Part shown: piece by piece, positions 60,333 through 64,000 of the stretch
Numbering within the stretch: the first letter of the stretch is position 1
How the letters are laid out: each line of letters begins with the position of its first letter
Assembly: GCA_963717505.1 (NCBI GenBank)
Contig: OY970342.1
Location: 1,600,001 to 1,664,000, forward strand
DNA length: 64,000 bases
Direction: 5' to 3'
Origin: Candidatus Eiseniibacteriota bacterium
Lineage (GTDB): Bacteria > Eisenbacteria > RBG-16-71-46
Program-made: the position numbers and the translations under genes
Notes under the pieces: model-generated
The model's input: only the letters and a program-made list of their open reading frames with translations
The model's database searches: none
What the model was told of the DNA's origin: nothing

Positions 60333-61352
60333 ATGCGCCTGCATGTCGAGGTCAGGGTCCGACGCGGCGACATCGTCGAGTCGCGGCACCAGGTCGAGGT
60401 CGCTGCCGCGGACTCGGCGGGTGCCCCGATCGCGGGCACCGAGAATCCCGATCGGGTCACGACCTACCGCTCGTCCGCCAAGCCGTTCCAGTTGCTGCCC
60501 CTGGTCGAACGCGGACACGCCGAGCGTTGGGGATTCAGCGACCCGGAGTTGGCGGTGATGACGGCGTCGCACACCGGCAGCGCCGATCACCTTCGGCTGG
60601 TGCGTGGCATCCTCGATCGCCTCGGCCTCGGCGCCGCCGACCTGGCGTGCGGCTACCACGATCCCCTGGACCCCGAGGCACGCACCCGGCTGGCATCGCA
60701 TCCGGAAGAGGCGTCTCCGCTCTACAACAACTGTTCGGGCAAACACGCCGCGATGTTGTGCCTGGCCCTATCCGAGGGCTGGCCGGTGCGTGGCTACGAG
60801 CAACCCGAGCATCCGGTCCAGCAGCTCATGCGCCGAACCGTAGCCGAAGTCGCGGGGCTCTCCGCCGATGCCCTGAGTGTGGCGATCGACGGCTGCAACG
60901 TGCCGGTGTTCGCACTGCCGTTGTCGGCGATGGCTCGGTCCTATGCCCGGCTGGCTTCCGCTCACCCCGGATCGGATGCCCGCGAGGCTGCACTCGCGCG
61001 CATTCGAGGCGCTATGATCGCGCACCCCGAGGTGGTCGGCGGCGCCGGCCGATTCAGCACCGCGCTGATGCGCGCGACCTCGGGGATGGTGGTCGCCAAA
61101 GGTGGCGCCGAAGGCCTCGAGTGCGCCGGAGTGCCCGGGCGCGGACTCGGGCTCGCAATCAAGGTCCTGGATGGCGGCACTCGTGCGGTGGCGCCCGCGA
61201 TGGTGGCGGCTCTCGAGTGCCTCGGGCTCATCGACGCCGAGGCCCGCCGCGCCCTCGAGTCGGAAGCACGCCCGCCGATTCTCAATGCCGCAGGCCGCGT
61301 GGTCGGCAACCTCGAGGCCGTGGCCCGTGTGCCGGCGCACTCGACCCGCTGA
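60333..61352 (+). CDS. L-asparaginase II (Rhizobium AnsA-type)
   Basis: RGDIVESRH, RSSAKPFQ, ASHTG, NNCSGKH, DGC, AKGGAEG, KVLDG. Confidence 0.9.
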   Translation: MRLHVEVRVRRGDIVESRHQVEVAAADSAGAPIAGTENPDRVTTYRSSAKPFQLLPLVERGHAERWGFSDPELAVMTASHTGSADHLRLVRGILDRLGLGAADLACGYHDPLDPEARTRLASHPEEASPLYNNCSGKHAAMLCLALSEGWPVRGYEQPEHPVQQLMRRTVAEVAGLSADALSVAIDGCNVPVFALPLSAMARSYARLASAHPGSDAREAALARIRGAMIAHPEVVGGAGRFSTALMRATSGMVVAKGGAEGLECAGVPGRGLGLAIKVLDGGTRAVAPAMVAALECLGLIDAEARRALESEARPPILNAAGRVVGNLEAVARVPAHSTR

Positions 61353-63177
61353 CCTCGCGGCCTTCGGCCTGACCGCGGCGAGCGCGCTGCTGTTCGCGGC
61401 TCTCGCCGGGGCTCAGACGGCGTTGCCCGCGCGACTGGACCCGCGTCTCGAGAGTTTGCGGACCTCGTCCCAGGAGATTTCCGTTTGGGTCGTGTTCCGG
61501 GACAAGGGTCTGGCCGAGGGGGCCGAGCGCGCGCAGGCACTGGCTCGGGCCGAAGCGGCACTCACACCGCGAAATCTCGCGCGCCGACTCCGGGCGCGGG
61601 TGCAGCCGCTGGTCGACGATCGGGACCTGCCGGTCGCCGAGGCGAACCTGAACGTCTTGCGCGGATTCGGCCTCGAGCCGTATGCGGTCTCGCGTTGGCT
61701 GAACCGTGCTGCGGTGCGCATCTCCGGCCTGGGCCTCGATGCGCTGGTGCGTCTGCCCGGAGTCGCCGCAGTCACACCGGTCGCGCGCGTTCAGCGACAG
61801 ACGCCGCCCGTGGTCCGCGATGGGCACGGCGAGCTGTGGCCAACCTTCGGGCCCTCATCCGGACCCTCATTCGGATCCTTGGGGCCGGGGCTGGCGGCGC
61901 GCTCGAGCAGCGTCGATCACGGCCGGCTCGAGGCCGCGATCCGGCAGATCGGCGCGAGCGCACTTCACGACTCGGGCTACACCGGTGCCGGTGTCCTGGT
62001 CTGCGTGCTCGACGCCGGGTTCAACCGTCATGACACCCACGAGGCGCTGCGCGACCGCATTCCCGCGCCCGGCCACCGGCGCGACTTCGTCGAGGGCGAC
62101 AGCACGGTCACCGACACCACCACGGGGTTCCTGCTCAACCACGGCACCTGGGTGCTCGGGTGCCTCGCGGGGAACCGAGCCGGCGCCTACGTCGGTGCGG
62201 CACCCGGCGCGGATCTGGCTCTGGCGCGCACCGAGAACGAGTTCAGCGAAACACCCGCCGAGATGCTGTACTGGGCGCAGGGCGCCGAGTGGGCCGACAG
62301 CCTGGGAGCGGACCTCATCACTTCATCGCTCGGTTATTTCACCTTCGACGATCCGGCCCCCGACTACTCCTACGCCGACATGGACGGCCAAACCACCGAC
62401 GTCAGCCGCGCGGCCCAGATCGCGGCGAGCAAGGGAATCCTGCTGGTCAACTCGGTCGGCAACGAAGGCGCTTCGCTCTGGCACTACCTGATCGCGCCCG
62501 CCGACGTCGACGGGGACAGTCTGATTGCGGTCGGCTCCGTCGACGATTTGGGTGCGGTCGCGGCGTCCTCGTCGTTCGGGCCGTCGGCCGACGGCCGGAT
62601 CAAGCCCGATCTGGCGGCGCGAGGCGTGAACGTGCCCATTGTTTCGACGTCCGGGAACCCGACCGGTTATAGTTCCGCGTCCGGAACCTCGCTTGCGGCT
62701 CCATTGGTCGCCGGGCTCGCCGCCTGCCTGATGCAGGCGCGTCCGGGATGGAGTCCGCAGGAGCTGATCCGCGCGCTGCGCGAAACCGCCTCGCGGTCCA
62801 CGAATCCGGACATGCGGGTCGGTTTCGGCATTCCCAACGGGGCGCGGGCGGCGGGGCTTCCGGAACCGGAGTTCTCCGGAACCCTCGGGATTCGAACGGA
62901 AGGCGGCAACCCGTTCGCTCCCGAACGCGGCGATCTGCGGATTCGCTTCGGGATGTCCGCGGACGCCGCGGCCCGCTCGGTCCGGGTTCGCATCCACGAC
63001 AGCGCGGGTCGTGCGGTGCGCGCGCTCTGGTCGGGCGCGCTGATTCCAGGTTCAGTTGCGGAAGTCCCGTGGAACGGGCGGGACGACGACGGGCGCTCGC
63101 TGCCGCCGGGCGTCTATTGGGTGGCCGTGGCGGGTGACGGTGAAATCGCGAGCGCCCGCATCGTGCTGTTGAGGTGA
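61327..63177 (+). CDS. S8 subtilisin-like protease with propeptide and C-terminal FlgD-Ig/CTD-like domain
   Basis: VLDAG, HGT, NSVGNEG, GTSLAAP triad motifs; IHDSAGRAVR...WNGRDDDGRSLPPGVYW; start uncertain. Confidence 0.88.
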   Translation: MCRRTRPADLAAFGLTAASALLFAALAGAQTALPARLDPRLESLRTSSQEISVWVVFRDKGLAEGAERAQALARAEAALTPRNLARRLRARVQPLVDDRDLPVAEANLNVLRGFGLEPYAVSRWLNRAAVRISGLGLDALVRLPGVAAVTPVARVQRQTPPVVRDGHGELWPTFGPSSGPSFGSLGPGLAARSSSVDHGRLEAAIRQIGASALHDSGYTGAGVLVCVLDAGFNRHDTHEALRDRIPAPGHRRDFVEGDSTVTDTTTGFLLNHGTWVLGCLAGNRAGAYVGAAPGADLALARTENEFSETPAEMLYWAQGAEWADSLGADLITSSLGYFTFDDPAPDYSYADMDGQTTDVSRAAQIAASKGILLVNSVGNEGASLWHYLIAPADVDGDSLIAVGSVDDLGAVAASSSFGPSADGRIKPDLAARGVNVPIVSTSGNPTGYSSASGTSLAAPLVAGLAACLMQARPGWSPQELIRALRETASRSTNPDMRVGFGIPNGARAAGLPEPEFSGTLGIRTEGGNPFAPERGDLRIRFGMSADAAARSVRVRIHDSAGRAVRALWSGALIPGSVAEVPWNGRDDDGRSLPPGVYWVAVAGDGEIASARIVLLR

Positions 63178-63199
63178 CTCAGTGATGGAGTTTCATACG

Positions 63200-64000
63200 A
63201 TGAAAGTTCGGCGGTTCTCGGCGGTGGTTGCGATGCTGACCATCGCCCTCGCGACATTGCCCCCGGGGTCTCCCGCCTTCGCTGCCGATTCCCCGGCCAA
63301 GCCCAAGATCCAGAAGTCGCGACTCGGGAACGGGCTCGAAGTGCTGCTCGCGCCGGACCCCGCGGCCATGGGCGCTGACATCGCCCTGTGGTATCGCGCC
63401 GGCTCGGCCTACGAGCCGCCCGGTGCCTCCGGAATCTCGCACCTGCTCGAACGCATGACCTTCCGGGCTTCCACCGACTCGGCGCACGACTACCGGCGCC
63501 TCCTGCTCGCCGAGGGCGCGACCGCCAGCACCTCGACGACGCCGGACTTCACGAGCTTCTTCGCCACCGTTCCCACCGAGGCAGTGGCGCTCGCGATCAG
63601 GCTGACGGCCGAGCGCATGGCCGCGGGCCCATTCGACCAGGCGGCGTTCGACCGCGAGCGCGAGTTCGTTCAGCGCGAGCGAGACAATTTCGTGGAAACC
63701 AATCCCGTCGGCCGCTCGGTGGAGCGGTTGTTTGCGGCCGCCTATCCGGGCCACGGCTACGGCCGTCCGGTGCTGGGCGCCGAGTCCGACCTTGCCGCTG
63801 CCACGCTCGAGCAGGTTCAAGCCTATCGACGCGAACGCTACGTGCCCGAGAACGCGGTGCTCACGGTGACCGGACGCTTCGATCCCAAGGCCGCACTCGC
63901 CGCGATTCGCGAATCGTTCGGCGTGCTCGGGCGCGGCGCGCGCACGACGGCCGTCGTCGCCGCCGAGCCGGCTTCACCCGAGGCGCGCTCCGAGGGCACG
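63200..64000 (+). CDS. M16 (pitrilysin-like) peptidase homolog, 3'-partial, probably inactive
   Basis: Hand-translated (absent from the ORF track): GGAG RBS, signal peptide, LGNGLEV, WYRAGSAYE, SHLLERMTF, YVPENAVLTVTG. Confidence 0.85.
   Translation, partial: MKVRRFSAVVAMLTIALATLPPGSPAFAADSPAKPKIQKSRLGNGLEVLLAPDPAAMGADIALWYRAGSAYEPPGASGISHLLERMTFRASTDSAHDYRRLLLAEGATASTSTTPDFTSFFATVPTEAVALAIRLTAERMAAGPFDQAAFDREREFVQRERDNFVETNPVGRSVERLFAAAYPGHGYGRPVLGAESDLAAATLEQVQAYRRERYVPENAVLTVTGRFDPKAALAAIRESFGVLGRGARTTAVVAAEPASPEARSEGT

Noticed and set aside
1-64000. CRISPR arrays, tRNA/rRNA, transposases, integrases, prophage or defence genes
   Set aside because: No regularly spaced repeats, RNA-gene signatures or matching protein motifs were recognised, and intergenic gaps are mostly short.

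Overview
High-GC bacterial chromosomal segment with about 50 CDSs. I saw no rRNA, tRNA, CRISPR array or mobile element. The secretome style (FlgD-Ig/CTD-like C-termini, a C-terminal 'TWG..YR' tag, dockerin-like paralogs) resembles FCB-associated candidate phyla such as Ca. Eisenbacteria; this is inference only. Housekeeping genes include tsaD, priA, HU, ltaE, rsmI, tmk, dusB, cutA and two PPIases. Also present are a c-di-GMP/two-component operon with an unusual histidine kinase-HD-GYP fusion, a pgsA-like/ino1 inositol-lipid pair, larB/larC with an orphan ECF-type ATPase, and a divergent ilvC. The best candidate for an undescribed system lies at 49.5-64 kb. It starts with a strongly promoted 1500-aa secreted protein with a long structured leader and a C-terminal FlgD-Ig tag. 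This is followed by two related lipoproteins (one frameshifted at 58722), a second CTD-tagged protein, an asparaginase, a CTD-tagged subtilase and a probably inactive M16 peptidase. All calls come from motif recognition by eye; no database searches were run.
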